The notes beneath the pieces were generated by a model that saw nothing but the letters and a program-made list of their open reading frames with translations, was not told the DNA's origin and did not search any database. A stretch of DNA of 64,000 nt, taken from the human T2T-CHM13v2.0 reference genome, Homo sapiens. The translations under genes were made by a program, and so were the position numbers. Of the stretch, positions 44,213 through 57,325 are shown piece by piece. The stretch lies in NCBI RefSeq assembly GCF_009914755.1, contig NC_060928.1; one strand, given 5' to 3'. Each line of letters begins with the position of its first letter. The first letter of the stretch is position 1.

Positions 44213-46543
44213 CAACCAAAACAGGTTACTCAAGGTTCCCTGCAGTTTTTTTCATAGGTTCTATATTTTAAACTCCTACTCATCCACCTCCAGACAACTA
44301 TCTATGTGGCATCAATATCATATCAAATTATCATTTTAAGAAAAGTGTTATGATTATTTCCCCAAGTTTTTTTTAACGTACCCCAACTCTACCATTGATT
44401 ACTACTATAAATTCACAGTAGCTTTATATTGCCTAATACCATTGTTTAAATGTTTATATGCTTGCTCATTGGATTGAGTCCTTCTTGAGAGTCATCTTTT
44501 TTAAAAAAAGATGTGTTACCTAAGAAATACACTGTACACAGCCAAGTTTGGATTGGTTTAACTGATTTAAACTATTTATGCATATGATTTTTGAAACATA
44601 GTTATTTAATTGACACATAGCTTTTTACTTATTCATGGGGTACATCTTATATTTTGTTACATGCATAGAGTATGTAATCATCAAGTCAGGGTATTTGGGA
44701 TATTCATTACCTTGAGTATTTCTCATTTGTATGTGTTGGAAACAGTTCAAATCATTTCTTCTTCCTACGTTGAAATATACAATGTATTACAGCTAATTTT
44801 AGTCCCTCTACTATGCCAGCAAATATTAGAACTTATACCTTGTATCCAACTGTATGTTCGTACCCATTAACTCACCTTTCTTCATCTACCTCTGCCTCTC
44901 CCATGCCCTGACTAGCCTCTGGTATCTATAATTCCACTCTCTACTTCCATGAAATCAATGTTTTTAGGTCTCACGTAAGAGTGAGAACATGTAATATTTG
45001 TATTTGTGTGACTAACTTATTTTACTTAGCATAATGACCTCTAGTTCCATGCATATTGCTGCAAATAACATGATTTCATTCATTTTTATGGCTGAATTTT
45101 GTTTATTAGGTATATATAACACATTTTTATTCATTCATTTATTAACGGACACTTACACTGATTCCATATCTTGGCTATTGGGAATAGAGCTGCAATAAGC
45201 ATGGAAGTGCAAGGTGTCTCTTTGATATATTGATTTCTTTTTCTGTTGATAATTACCCAGCCTTGGGATTGCTGGATCATATGGTAGTTATATTTTTAGG
45301 TTTTTCTTTTTCTTTGTGAAAAATTTCTATGCTGCTTTCCATATTGCTAGTACAAGTTTACATTTTCTCCAGCAGCGTATAAGAGTCCTCTTTCTCTGTA
45401 TCCTTGCCAGCATCTGTTATTTCTTATCTTTTTAATAATATCTATTCTAACTGACATAAGATGATATCTAATTATAGTTCTGACTTGCATTTCCCTGATA
45501 ATTAGTGAAGTTGAGTATTTTTTCATATACCTATTAAACATTTGTATGTCTTCTTTTGAGAAATGTCTATTCATGTCCTTTGTCCACTTTGTAATGGAAT
45601 TATTTGGTATTTTACTATTGAGTTGTTTGAGTTTCTTATATATTCTGCATATTAGTCCCTTGTTGAATGTCTAGTTTTCAAATATTTTCTCCCATTGAAC
45701 AGTTTATCTCTTCACTCTGCTGATTGTTCCTTTTTTATATTTTTTTGCTGTGCAGAAAGCTTTAAATTTAATATAATCTCATTTATCTATTTTTGTTTTT
45801 GTTATCTGTATTTTTGAGGTCTTAGTCATAAAATATTTGCCTAGACCAATGCCCTGAAGCACCTTGCCTAGGTTTCCTTCTAGTAGTTTTATAGTTTCAG
45901 GTCTTACATTTAAGTCTTTAATGAAACTTGGATTGAATGTTGTATATGGTGAGATATAGGGGTCTAGTTTCATTCTTCTGCATATGGGTTTTCAATTTTC
46001 CCAGCACCATTTATTGAAAAGAACATTGTTCCCCAGTGCGTGTCTTTGGTACATTTGTCAAAAATTAGCTGGGTGTAAGTATGTGGCTTTACTTTTGGGT
46101 TCTCAATTCTGTTCCACTAGTGTATTTGTCTTCTTTTATACTAATATCATGCTGTTTTGGTTACTATAGCTTTGTAATTCATTTTGAAGTAGGTAGTGTG
46201 AAGCCTCCAACATTCTTCTTTTTTTTCTCAGAATTTCTTTGTCTATTTGGGCTCCTTTATGGTTTCAAACAAATTTTGGGTTTTTTTTTATATTTCTGTG
46301 AAAAATAGCATGGTAGTTTGATAGGGATTGCACTGAATCTGCAGATTGCATTGAGCAGTATGGTCACTTTAATAATATTAATTATTCTGATCCATGAACA
46401 TGGGATGTATTTCCATTTGTTTGTGTCATCTTCAACATCTTTCTGTAGGGTTGTGTAGTTTTTCTTATAGATGTCTTCACCTCCTTAGTAAAATTTATTC
46501 ATGGGTATTTTTTTTTCGCTACTGAAAATGAGTTTGTATTCTT

Positions 46544-49150
46544 TTTTTTCTGAAGGAGAAAGATTTTATTGGCACAGACATGTATTATTAACTTGACAGA
46601 GTTAAGCAGTAATTTTTTTTAAAAAAGTAAAAGCTGGTTCCTCTGAAACTAGTTTCAATGTGGTCAGCAAGTCAGCAGGTCAGAAGCAGATTATAACCAC
46701 TCAGTTTCGCTTTAAGCCACGACATTAGGAGGCAATCTGTAAAACTAGTATAGTTTCTTCAACTATTACACTTATTCATTCACATGATTGGCTGAGGTGC
46801 ACAAAAATAAAACTCCTATTAAAAAAGAATCATGCCAGGGACAAGACCAGAGATAGTTTCTGATATTGCAAAGCTCGATAGTTGCAGGGGCCCTAGGAGA
46901 ATGTGACTTTCTCCAAAGGGCTACCATACCATCATACCTCCTCTGAACTTGTCACAAATGTGGAAAGCTGCTTGCTTAGAGGTACTGCTCACAGGGGAGA
47001 ATTTTCATCTCGTTACAAACTCCACTTTCCATCACTGAGTCTCTGTCTTGCTCTCTGAAGATGTATAGGTAGGGGAGGTGGAGGGGGAGTGGGGGAAAGC
47101 AGCCAGAGCCAGGCAGCAGGCACTACATACAGCACTAGTCTTTGGGGAAAAAAACACACGGTGCTTGCAGCAGTGGCTTATGTGGTCTAACTGTCTGCAC
47201 TACGGCTGTCAGTCCACTGAATGGGCTGGGAGGTATCCAGAATTTGGTGTGTGTTATTGGAAGATAGCTCTGATGGGTCATGAATAGGTTAGACCCAATC
47301 CAATTCAGGCCACATCTACAACTTGTATCTTACGTGAACTCAAAAAATAAAACACACTTCTACCTCCATCTCATCCCCATCCCTGACTATATGCAGGGAA
47401 AAACTCCCCCAGGACTGTCCAGCCAGGCCTACAGCAGATTAGATCTTTTCCCAGTACTGCTCAGTGTGTGGAATTTCAGCCACCACTTCAGATTCAATTC
47501 CATAGTGATCTTGTCCTCTGAGGATTTTAAAGAAGTTATTGTCACAGATAATGGCCTTCAGCTCCATCTATGTCCCTGCAAAGAACATTATCTTGTTCAC
47601 TTTTATGGCTGTATGGTATTCCATACATGTGTATATGTGTATATGTACCACATTTTCTTTATCCAGTCTATCATTGATAGACATGTAAGTGGAAGTTAAA
47701 TGATGAGAACACATGGACACATAGAAGGGAAAAACACACACTGGGGCCTGTTGCAGGGAGGAGAGTGGGAGGAGGGAGGAAATCAGGAAAAATAACTAAC
47801 AGGTACTAGGCTTAATATCTGAGTGATGAAATAATCGGCACGACAAACCCCCATGACACAAGCGTACCTATGTAACAAACCTGCACATGTACCCCTGAAC
47901 TTAAAATAAAAACTAAGGAAGCCATTATCACGCCAGTACCTATTCCAGGATTTGCAACCAGCCAGTAGGACGTGCTGTTCTCCACTTTGCAGCCCAGGAT
48001 GCAGATGGCATGGCCTCCATCATCTCTCCAGTGACGCCTTGCTATTCTTTGAGCTTGTACAGCAGGAAGTCCAAATACACAGAGAAGGCTTCCTCCACTG
48101 GGTCATTTTTGTAGATCGTGGCCATGATGTCCTTTGTGCTTCGGAGACACTGTAAGAACTGCATCCATAGTGCTTGTCCTATTTGTAGGTCTGGCCAGGC
48201 TCGCAGGTCATGCTGCACTTGGGGGGTCTCCCTTCCGCACGTATGGAGCCATGGATGTGGTGCTCACAGGGAAGGAGGGATGGAAAAAGTCTTCAACCTA
48301 CATGAGAGTCATAGAGGCCACCAGAAACCAGGCCTTTTCTTGTCCAAAAGTTCCAACCTTCATTGGGATCACCACCATTGCAGCCGTCCCCACACAAACA
48401 GGTGAGCTTGTCCTCCACGGACACCGCCACATGATTTCCTCCCTGAGACATTGGGGTGGATGCAGATCCAGTCAGAGATGGCTTCCAAAGCCCCCAAAAC
48501 CCAGCAAAAGCCATAGGAGCCCTGGTCCCTGATCTCTCTGAGGTCAGTCTGGCCACTGTTCCTGTGGATCAAAGCTTTCAGGCAGATTTATGTCCTAGCA
48601 AACTTAACTCTCTGGAGTAGCTTGGATCTGCCGAGGAAGGTACCACATGGCCTCATCAGGTAGCTCATTCCATTTTGCAGAAGTTGTGCCCGGCCTGTTG
48701 CGTGGTGTTTTGTTTGTTGATATAGTTGACTAGTTCTTTGGACAGGAGGTGCAAATAAGGTCTGCTTCCTGCACAGGCCAGCACCAGCAGGCAGCAGAAG
48801 GAGGCCAAGAGCCGCCTCAAGTCTGAAGATGGATCTTGGATCCACCTTTCTGAGTTCATAGATTCATCAAGATGAATGCACCTCAGCTACATTCTCCTCT
48901 GACAGGAGGTACTGAGGGATCAGTTTTTCCAGGATACCAAACTGCGCTAGGTCTTCCTTTGAAACCAACAGCATTTGTTTTTTAGTGGGTGTGGGGGTCT
49001 CTGTTAGGTCAGGTAGAGGAATGTGAGGGTTGGGCTATAGTCGTTCTCCCGTCACAAACCTGTTAACTTCCTCAGTCAGTGCAGAAGCCCAGGTGCAGGG
49101 CGTGTGTGCTCCTTCTCCACATGCCCTATCTAATCACCCATTCTCTACTC
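46544..49150 (-). pseudogene. CTSB-like pseudogene: Processed pseudogene of cathepsin B inserted in L1MA ORF2
   Basis: Intronless minus-strand peptides [64 protein letters not shown] and QYWEKI-stop (47439-47441). ATG mutated to TTG (48820); frameshifts and an internal TGA (48293-48295); 3'UTR with AATAAA (46565-46570), short poly(A), degenerate TSD ttgtattctt/ttgcattttg. Confidence 0.96.
47546..47915 (+). mobile_element. 5'-truncated, 5'-inverted LINE-1 (L1PA12-14-like) inside the CTSB pseudogene
   Basis: Antisense piece 47546-47684 joined to sense 3'UTR 47685-47915; 16 bp degenerate TSD aagaagttattgtcac / aggaagccattatcac duplicating the CTSB GDNGFF codons. Confidence 0.92.
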
Positions 49151-49361
49151 TTGCATTTTGTATTTATTTCTCAGCCAGTTTATTATGGGTTCATAGAAAT
49201 GCTACTAATTTTTGTAAGTTGATTTTATATCCTGTAATTTTAATAAATTTATTAATCAGATCTAATAGTTTTTTGGTGGAGTCTTTAGGTTTTCCTAGAT
49301 GGAAGATCATATCATCAGCAAAGAGGGACAATTTGACTTTGTCTTTTCTAATTTGGATGCC

Positions 49362-49442
49362 ATATATATATATACATATAAATATATATACACACACACA
49401 TACACATATATGTATATGTGTGTGTATATATATATGTGTGTG

Positions 49443-49475
<33 letters not shown>

Positions 49476-49603
49476 GTGTGTGTGTATATATATGTGTGTG
49501 TGTATATATATGTGTGTGTATATATGTATGTGTGTATGTGTGTGTATATATGTGTGTGTGTGTGTGTGGATATATGTGTGTGTGTGTATATATATATATG
49601 TAT
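49362..49603. repeat. Compound (TA)/(CA)/(TG) microsatellite array, ~240 bp
   Basis: Directly visible; middle part has a ~16-18 bp higher-order unit tatatatatgtgtgtgtg. Confidence 0.97.
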
Positions 49604-51005
49604 AATTTTTCCTCCTGCCTGGTTGCTCTGCTCTGGCTAGGACTTACAGTACTATGTTGAATAGGAGTGACTAAAGCAGGCATTCTTGTCTTATTTCATC
49701 TCTCAGAGAAAAGACTTTCAGCTTTTCCCTACTCAGTTTGATGTCAGCTGTGGTTTTGTCATACTTGGTCTTTATTGGATTGAGGTATGTATCTTTAATA
49801 CCTAGTTTGTTGAGGGTTTTTATCATAAAAGGATGTTGAATTTTATCAAGTGCTTTCTCTGCATCTATTGAGATTATTATATGTCTTTTGTTCTTCATTC
49901 TGCTGATGTGACATATCACATTTATTGATTGAGGTAAGTTGAATCATCTTTGCCTCCCTGGGATAAATCCCACATTATGATGGTATAGTATTTTTTTCAT
50001 GTGCTATTGTATTCTGTTTCCTAGTATTTCACTCTGTGAAGCAAACATTGCCCCAGTACTAAAACCAGACAAGGACACAATAAAAACAATGAAAAAAACA
50101 AAACAAAACAAAACAAAAAACAAACCTACAGGCAAGAAAATATCCTGATAAAGTTAGGTGTAAAAATGTTCAACAAAATACTAGCAAACAGAATACAATA
50201 GCACATGCAAAAAATACTATACCATCATTTTGTTTTTGCTGCATTTTATAGGTTTTGTATGTTGTGTTTTGATTTTCATTTGTTTCAAGAATATGAATTT
50301 GATTTTCATATTCTTAATTTCTTCCTTGACCTAATTGCCATTCAGGAGCATGTTGTCTAATTTCCATGCATTTGTACAACTTCCCAAGTTCTTTTTATTG
50401 ATTTATAGTTTTATTCCATTGTAGTTTGAGAAGACACTTGATATGATTTCAATTTTTAAAAATATTTTAAGAACTATTTTGTGTCCTAACATATTATCTA
50501 TCTTGGAGAGTGTTCCATGTGCTGATTATGAGAATGTGTATTCTGTAGCTATTGAATAAAATGTTCTGTAAAAGTATTTTAGGTCCATTTGGTTTAGTGT
50601 GTAGTTTAATTCTAACATTTCTTTGTTAATTTTCTCTCTAGATGGTCTGTCTAATGCTGAAAATGGAGTGCTGAAGTCCCCAACTATTATTGTATTGGAG
50701 TCTATGTCTCTCTTTAGATCTAATAATATTTCCTTTATTTATCTGGGTGCTCCTTTGCTGTGTGCATAGATTTTCAGAATGGTCATATTCTCTTGCTGAA
50801 CTGATCCTTTTAGCATCGCGTAATATCATCTTCTTTGTCTCATTTTACTGTTTTTGATGTCAAGTCTGTTTTATTTGATATAACTACTCCGGCTCACTTT
50901 GAGTTTCCATTAACATAGAATTTTTTAAATATCCCTTTATTTTCAGTCTATCTGTATCTTTAAAAGTGATATGAGTTTCTTATAGGCAGCATATAATCCT
51001 GTCAT

Positions 51006-51353
51006 TGATATGGTATGGCTCTGTGTCCCCACCTAAAATTCATCTTGAATTTTAATCCCCACATGTCAAGGGAGGAGGCTGGTGGGAGGTGATTGAATGA
51101 TGGAGGCAGTTTTCTGCATACTGTTCTCATGATAGTGAGTGAGTTCTCACAAGATCTGATGGTTTTATAAGTGTTGGGCAGTTCCTCCTTCACATGCTCG
51201 CTCTCTCCTGCTGCCTTGTGAAGAAGGTGCCTGCTTCCCCTTCCACTATGATTGTAAGTTTCCTGAGGCTTTTCCAGCCATGCAGAATTATTTCCTTTAT
51301 AAATTACAGTCTCCGTGAAGTTCTATACAGCAGGGTGAAAATGGAAAAATACA
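51006..51353 (+). mobile_element. MSTA-like MaLR solo LTR in L1MA
   Basis: TG...CA termini with a perfect 5 bp TSD gtcat (51001-51005, 51354-51358). Confidence 0.93.
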
Positions 51354-53793
51354 GTCATTTTTTATCCATTCAGCCAGTCTTTATCTGTTAATCAGAAGTT
51401 TCATTCATTTATATTCAAGATTGTTATTAACATGTGATTGGCATTGGGTGCTAGGATAGTGTATTTCTGTCATTGTATTAATTAATTTCTGGTTGTTTTG
51501 TATATATTTTTTCTTCTCTTTCTCTCTTATTGTTTATCATTGTGGTTTAGTGGTTTTCTGTAGTGGCAATATTTGAGTCTTTTATTTGTTTGTCTGTTTT
51601 CTGTACCAGTTGATTTTACATTTGTGTGTGTTTTCATGATGATAGGTGTCAATCTTTTGCTTCCAGGTATAGGACTCCCTTAAGCACTTATTGTAGTGCT
51701 GGTGTAATGGTGATGAATTCTCAGCACTTTTGCTTTTCCAGGAATGACTTTATTTCTCCTTCATTTATGAAGGATAACTTTGCTAGGTATAACATCCTTG
51801 GCTGACAGTTTTGTTTTGTTTCTTACATCTCTTATATCATCTCATTCTCTCCCATCCTGTAAAATTTATGGTGAGAAATCTGCTGTGGTCTGATGGGGGG
51901 TTTCTTCATAAGTGACTAGATGCTTTCTCCTGCTGTTTGTAGAATTTTCTCTGTCTTTAATATTTGACAGTTTGACTATAATGTGCAATGGAAGACTTTT
52001 ATGAATTTTATCTATTTGGCTATCATTTAGCCTCCTATATCTGAATATCTAATTATCTTGCTAGACTTGGGAAGTTTTTATCTCTTATTTCATTAAATTG
52101 GTTTTCTAACCCTTTTGTTTACTCTTCACCTTCTGGGACTCTGAATATTTGCATATTTTCCTGCTTTATGGTGTCCTACATGTAAATACTCTTTGCTCAT
52201 TCTCTTTTATTCTTTTGTCTTTACTTTCACTTCAGTGGGTTGTTTCAAAAGAACTGTTTTCACATTCTCTATGATGTTTTTTTCTGCTTAGTCTATTGTT
52301 GATGCTTTTGAATGCATTTTGTATTTTGTTTAATGAATTCTCCAATTCCATATTTTTAAAAGATATTATCTCTTTGGTAAATCTCTTATTCATATCCTGA
52401 TTTTTTTTTAGTTTATTTGTATTGTTTTTCAGCATTCTTTTTTATCTCACTCTGCTTCATTAACACCAATATTCCTGATTCTTTTTCCAGGATTTTATAA
52501 ATTTCTCTTTGATTGGGATCTGTTGGTGAAGAATTATTGTGTTCCTCTAGAAATGACATACTTCCTTGTTTTTTTGTGTTTCCTGTATACTCACATTGAT
52601 ATCTCTGCATCTGGTTTATCAGTGTTTTGTTCCAATATTTTTTTCTGAATTTGCTTTTGTATGGGAGGACTTTTTCCTGAAGATGAGTCTATGGTGTTGG
52701 TTGGGTAGAGCATGTTGGCTTTGATTCTGGGTGTACTTTGTAGTGCAGTCTCTGTATGATTTCTTTGGCTGTAAACAGCATCAGATGATGTCTGTGAGTT
52801 ACTTGGTGGCTTAGGGTTGGTTGTTTGTTAGTAGAGGCTGTGGTGAAGTTGCTGGGAACTAGGATGCCAGGTGGGCCAGTTTTGGGACCCCAGTGGTGGC
52901 AGCCATGTGCATGCCTGTCTTTGAGTGTCAGGGTGGTGTATGCTGGCACTTGCGTTAGCAGGTCCAGATAGGCCAATTCTAGGGCAACAAAGTGGCTTGC
53001 TCAATTGCCAGGAATAACAGTGGTGGGCCAAGCACCCAAAAGAGTTCTTGGGTCCCTGGGAAGCAGGTGTGGTGTGGACAATGGCAGTACCAGTGTTGGG
53101 ACAACCCTCTGGGACCCAAATTGTCCATGCTGGTGTTGGTGATGGTTGTGACAGGCTGGGAAGGCCAGTCCTTAGACCTACTGGTGGTCCATGCAGGTGA
53201 GTACCAGATGTGGTGGTAGCAACTGTTTGGGTAAACCCAACTCCAGTCACTGGAAGGAGTATTCAGGTGCCAAGAGTGGACTAGGCTGGTGGTCTCTAGG
53301 CCCCCAGATGTCTTGCTCATGTATTGTGAGGGAGGAGCTAGACAGCTAGATTGAGTGGATCTCTCCTCACCCCTCCCTCCCCACTTCCTAGTGGTGTATG
53401 CAGAAGCTGGCTGTAGTAGGCAGGGGCAGAGAAATATCCAGGTCCTTTGGCAGAATGAGCAGTAGCAACACTGAAGCTCTGCCACTGGGGAATGCAGGGT
53501 TGCTTTAAGCTACAGGCAGTGGTTTAGTGTAGGGGGAGGGCACATTCTTTGCTTATACTTGAGCTCTCAGTAGCCCACAGTGGTGGCAGCAGCTGTAGGC
53601 AGTAGAATTTCTCCTAGGGCATATGAAAATCTTTGGCTGCCTCTCTGTTAGGAGAGGCAGGGTCACTGCCAGTGGTTCCCATCTCACCCCTTGCTGTTGC
53701 GGCTGTGGGCAGGGAATGTCAGTGAGGCTCCAGAAATGTGGAAGTGCAGGGACTGTTGAGCCCCAAGGTAGGATGCAGTCTGATGATGGCTGA

Positions 53794-54150
<357 letters not shown>

Positions 54151-55462
54151 CATGCTGTAGCTTCTTAAGGCTCAGGGGTTTGTTGGACCTGTTGTGAGCT
54201 CTCTCTGGGGCAATGTCATTTATGGTCTCCAGGCAACTCCCTATGTTAATCTCAGGTCTCTTGAGGGTCCAGAGCCTCTCTCATTGCTAGAATTGCAGGA
54301 GTCCACAGTGAGAATTTGGACCACCGGGGCCTCTCCCTTACCATTTTTCGGCATTCTCTAATTCAGAGAACCTCTGAACCTGGTGAACCTAAACTCTCCA
54401 GGCTCTCAGCCAATCCCAGCCTTGCAGGGTGCCTTGCTTCCCTCTCCTTCTCTGCTTTTGGTGTTTCCTGTCATTTCTATGTTAAATTCTAATGTTCTAT
54501 GATAAATGGTCTATTCAAAATACAATTATCTACTCATTATTTTGGTTCTTTGTAGAAGAAGCAAGTACCAGATACAGCTAGTCAGTCATCTTGAGGCTCT
54601 CCCACCTATAAACCATAGTTAATAAAGATAAATCAAACAAAAAGAGGAAAAATCTAAACAACACAAAAGAGGACACTAAAGTAAAGGGGAAAATACTAAG
54701 TCATCATCATCATCATGAAATGAAGCAAAACAATCACAAAACTACTTAGAACAGAAATAAGATGGTCAAAATTTATCAGTTATCAAAATAAATGATAATA
54801 TACATATAAGTTAAAGGTAAAAAGGATCATCAGAGTTAATGAATAAACCATATATATACTATTTCAAGACAGATATAAAAACCTAGAAACACGGAAAGGT
54901 TGAACATTGTTTTTTTAAAGGAAAAAAAAATGCCACCTTTCTCACTCTTTGCAGACGTGTCCCATGCTAGGGAACTTCTTTACTAAGTAATAGGACATGT
55001 TCTGAAACTCCCAAAGAGCCTCATCTGTGCCACTCCTTGTGGCTTCACATGGTCTAATGTATATCTCCACCAATGATACCTTTTCCTACATGTCTGTGGA
55101 TCTTCTTTTCCCTATAGCTTTTATGAACAAATCCCATTGCATTCAACCACTTTCTGCTACCTGACCTCTGAGAGAAGCAAAACATAGACCAGTCCTTTAA
55201 GCATCCAAGACAGATGAGAACTTTGCCAATAATGTCCCCTGTGCTGCCTCCAGTTCAAGGATGGGAACTGGGAACTAGGCTTCTGTGTCTTCCAGACAAA
55301 GACCATGCTGTATAGTGGAAGGGGTAGGGCAAAAGTAAGCGAAAATACCATAAATTTCCCTTCTATTTTGAGTGTGGCTTTCTCTTGATTGGCCATTCCC
55401 TTGGTTGCTGTGTATCTCTGACTGTTTTCCAGAGCTCCCACTAGGTGGCTTTGCTATGCATC

Positions 55463-55866
55463 ATTTTTTTTTATTATTACTATTATACTTTAAGTTCTAG
55501 GGTACATGTGCACAACGTGCAGGTTTGTTACATGTGTATACATGTGCCATGTTGGTGTGCTGCACCCATTAACTGTTCATATACATTAGGTATATCTCCT
55601 AATGCTATCCCTCCCCCTCCCACCACGCCACGACAGGCCCCGGTGTGTGATGTTTCCCACCCTGTGTCCAAGTGTTCTCATTGTTCAGTTCCCACCTATG
55701 AGTGAGAACATGCAGTGTTTGGTTTTCTGTCCTTGCAATAGTTTGCTCAGAATGATGGTTTCCAGCTTCATCCATGTCCCTACAAAGGACATGAACTCAT
55801 CCTTTTTTGTGGCTGCATAGTATTCCATGGTGTATATGTGCCACATTTTGTTAATCCAGTCTATCA
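55463..55866 (-). mobile_element. 5'-truncated LINE-1 (L1PA4-6-like) inside an older L1 5' relic
   Basis: L1 3'UTR and ORF2 tail (MWHIYTMEYYAATKKDEFMSFVGTWMKLETII); TSD tgctatgcatc / tgctatggatc. Confidence 0.92.
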
Positions 55867-56851
55867 TGCTATGGATCTTGTACTGTCTTCCAGAGTTCCC
55901 ATAAGGGAACTCCTACAAGCCAGCTGGCTCATATATTAGCCAGCTTTTGCTTGCTGTTTGACTTCTCTGTTGAGGGGAAAAGGCTTGGAGCCTTCTAGTT
56001 TGCCATTTTTAATCTGGTCCTTCTAACATATAAGTTTTGTAAGTTAAGGGAATTGGATTGTTTTATCACCACTGTACACTCAGTCCCTAGAGTAATATCG
56101 GTAAATAGTGGACATGATATAACTATTAATTGAGCACATTTTCAACTTTCTGCCTTATATCTAATCATAACATCAACTTATTTTATTTAATTTTAATAAA
56201 CAATTTAAAAAATAACTATCTAATCTACCCTGTTGTTAGTTAGTCCTACGAATCAGAAGTTATATATATTTTGATATTGATGGTGTTAAGAGAAATATTT
56301 GTAAGAAGAGACTACCACAGAGATAAGCATGGATTGTGCCTTAAAGAATTATGTATAGCATAAAAATTGGTTATATTTTGTTCTGTAAGAGGTGGAAAGC
56401 TATCAAATGTTTTTAACCAAAATAATGACATGCTCACACTGCTGGTAGTTGTTGATTGGCATTGCCAGGAAAGTATTAAAAATATCAATTTACTCAGAAT
56501 TTCTGCAGGTATAATATATATGTTACCCATATATCCAGGGAATCTAATAATAAATTTACTTTAGAAAAAAATGTTTCTGCAAGAAGAATTTTAGTTGTAC
56601 AAAACAAGAGGATTTGAGCTTAATTACAATATACTTCCAAAGATTCAGAAAAAAGAAATAAACTTAATACTCATCTGCTAACCCCAGCTTTCTTATTATT
56701 AATTTTTGCATGGAATATTTTGCCTAATCTTTTAACTTATCTGTGTCTTGTATTTAAATTATTTGCATTCCTTCAAATATTTCTGGGCTTTGTTCTGGAA
56801 TGTAGTTGAGTTACTTAAAAGCAATTCGAACCTTTCAAGGCATATTTTTAA

Positions 56852-57325
56852 AATAATTTCAACTTTTATTATAGTTTCAGTGGGTACATGTGCAGGTTTG
56901 TTACATGGGTATATTGTGTGATGCTGAGGTTTGGGGCATGGATCTAGTCACATAGGTAGTGAGCATAGTGCCCAATAGACAGTTTTTCAGCCCATGTCCT
57001 CCTCCTTTCCTCCCCGCTCTAGTAGTCCATAGTACCTACTGTTCCTATCTATATTTATGTTCATGTGTACTCAATATTTAGTTCTCACTTATAAGTGAGA
57101 ACATGGAGTATTTGGTTTTCTGTTGCTGCATTAATCCATTTAAAATTATGGCCTCCAGCTGCATCCATGTTGCTATGGAGGACAAGAATTTGCAAAGGAC
57201 ATGAACAGACACTTCTCAAAAGAAGGCATACAAGCAGCCAACAAATATATGAAAACAATGCTCATTATCACTAATCATCAGAGAAATGCAAATCAAAACC
57301 ACAGTAAGATACCATCTTGTACCAG
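56852..57325 (-). mobile_element. 5'-inverted truncated LINE-1 (L1PA15/16-like)
   Basis: Antisense 3'UTR 56852-57190 joined to a sense ORF2 piece 57191-57325 ([18 protein letters not shown]); 17 bp TSD tcaaggcatatttttaa / tcaagacacatttttaa. Confidence 0.9.

Noticed and set aside
48293-48859. Functional cathepsin B gene
   Set aside because: Start codon lost, frameshifts, internal stop and an L1 insertion in the C-terminal coding part.
49030-49683. Cys/Val/Tyr- or His/Thr-rich ORFs
   Set aside because: Translations of the dinucleotide array and L1 antisense.
52689-53485. Overlapping 95-168 aa ORFs
   Set aside because: Within the GC-rich 5'UTR of a dead L1MA, where stop-free stretches are expected.
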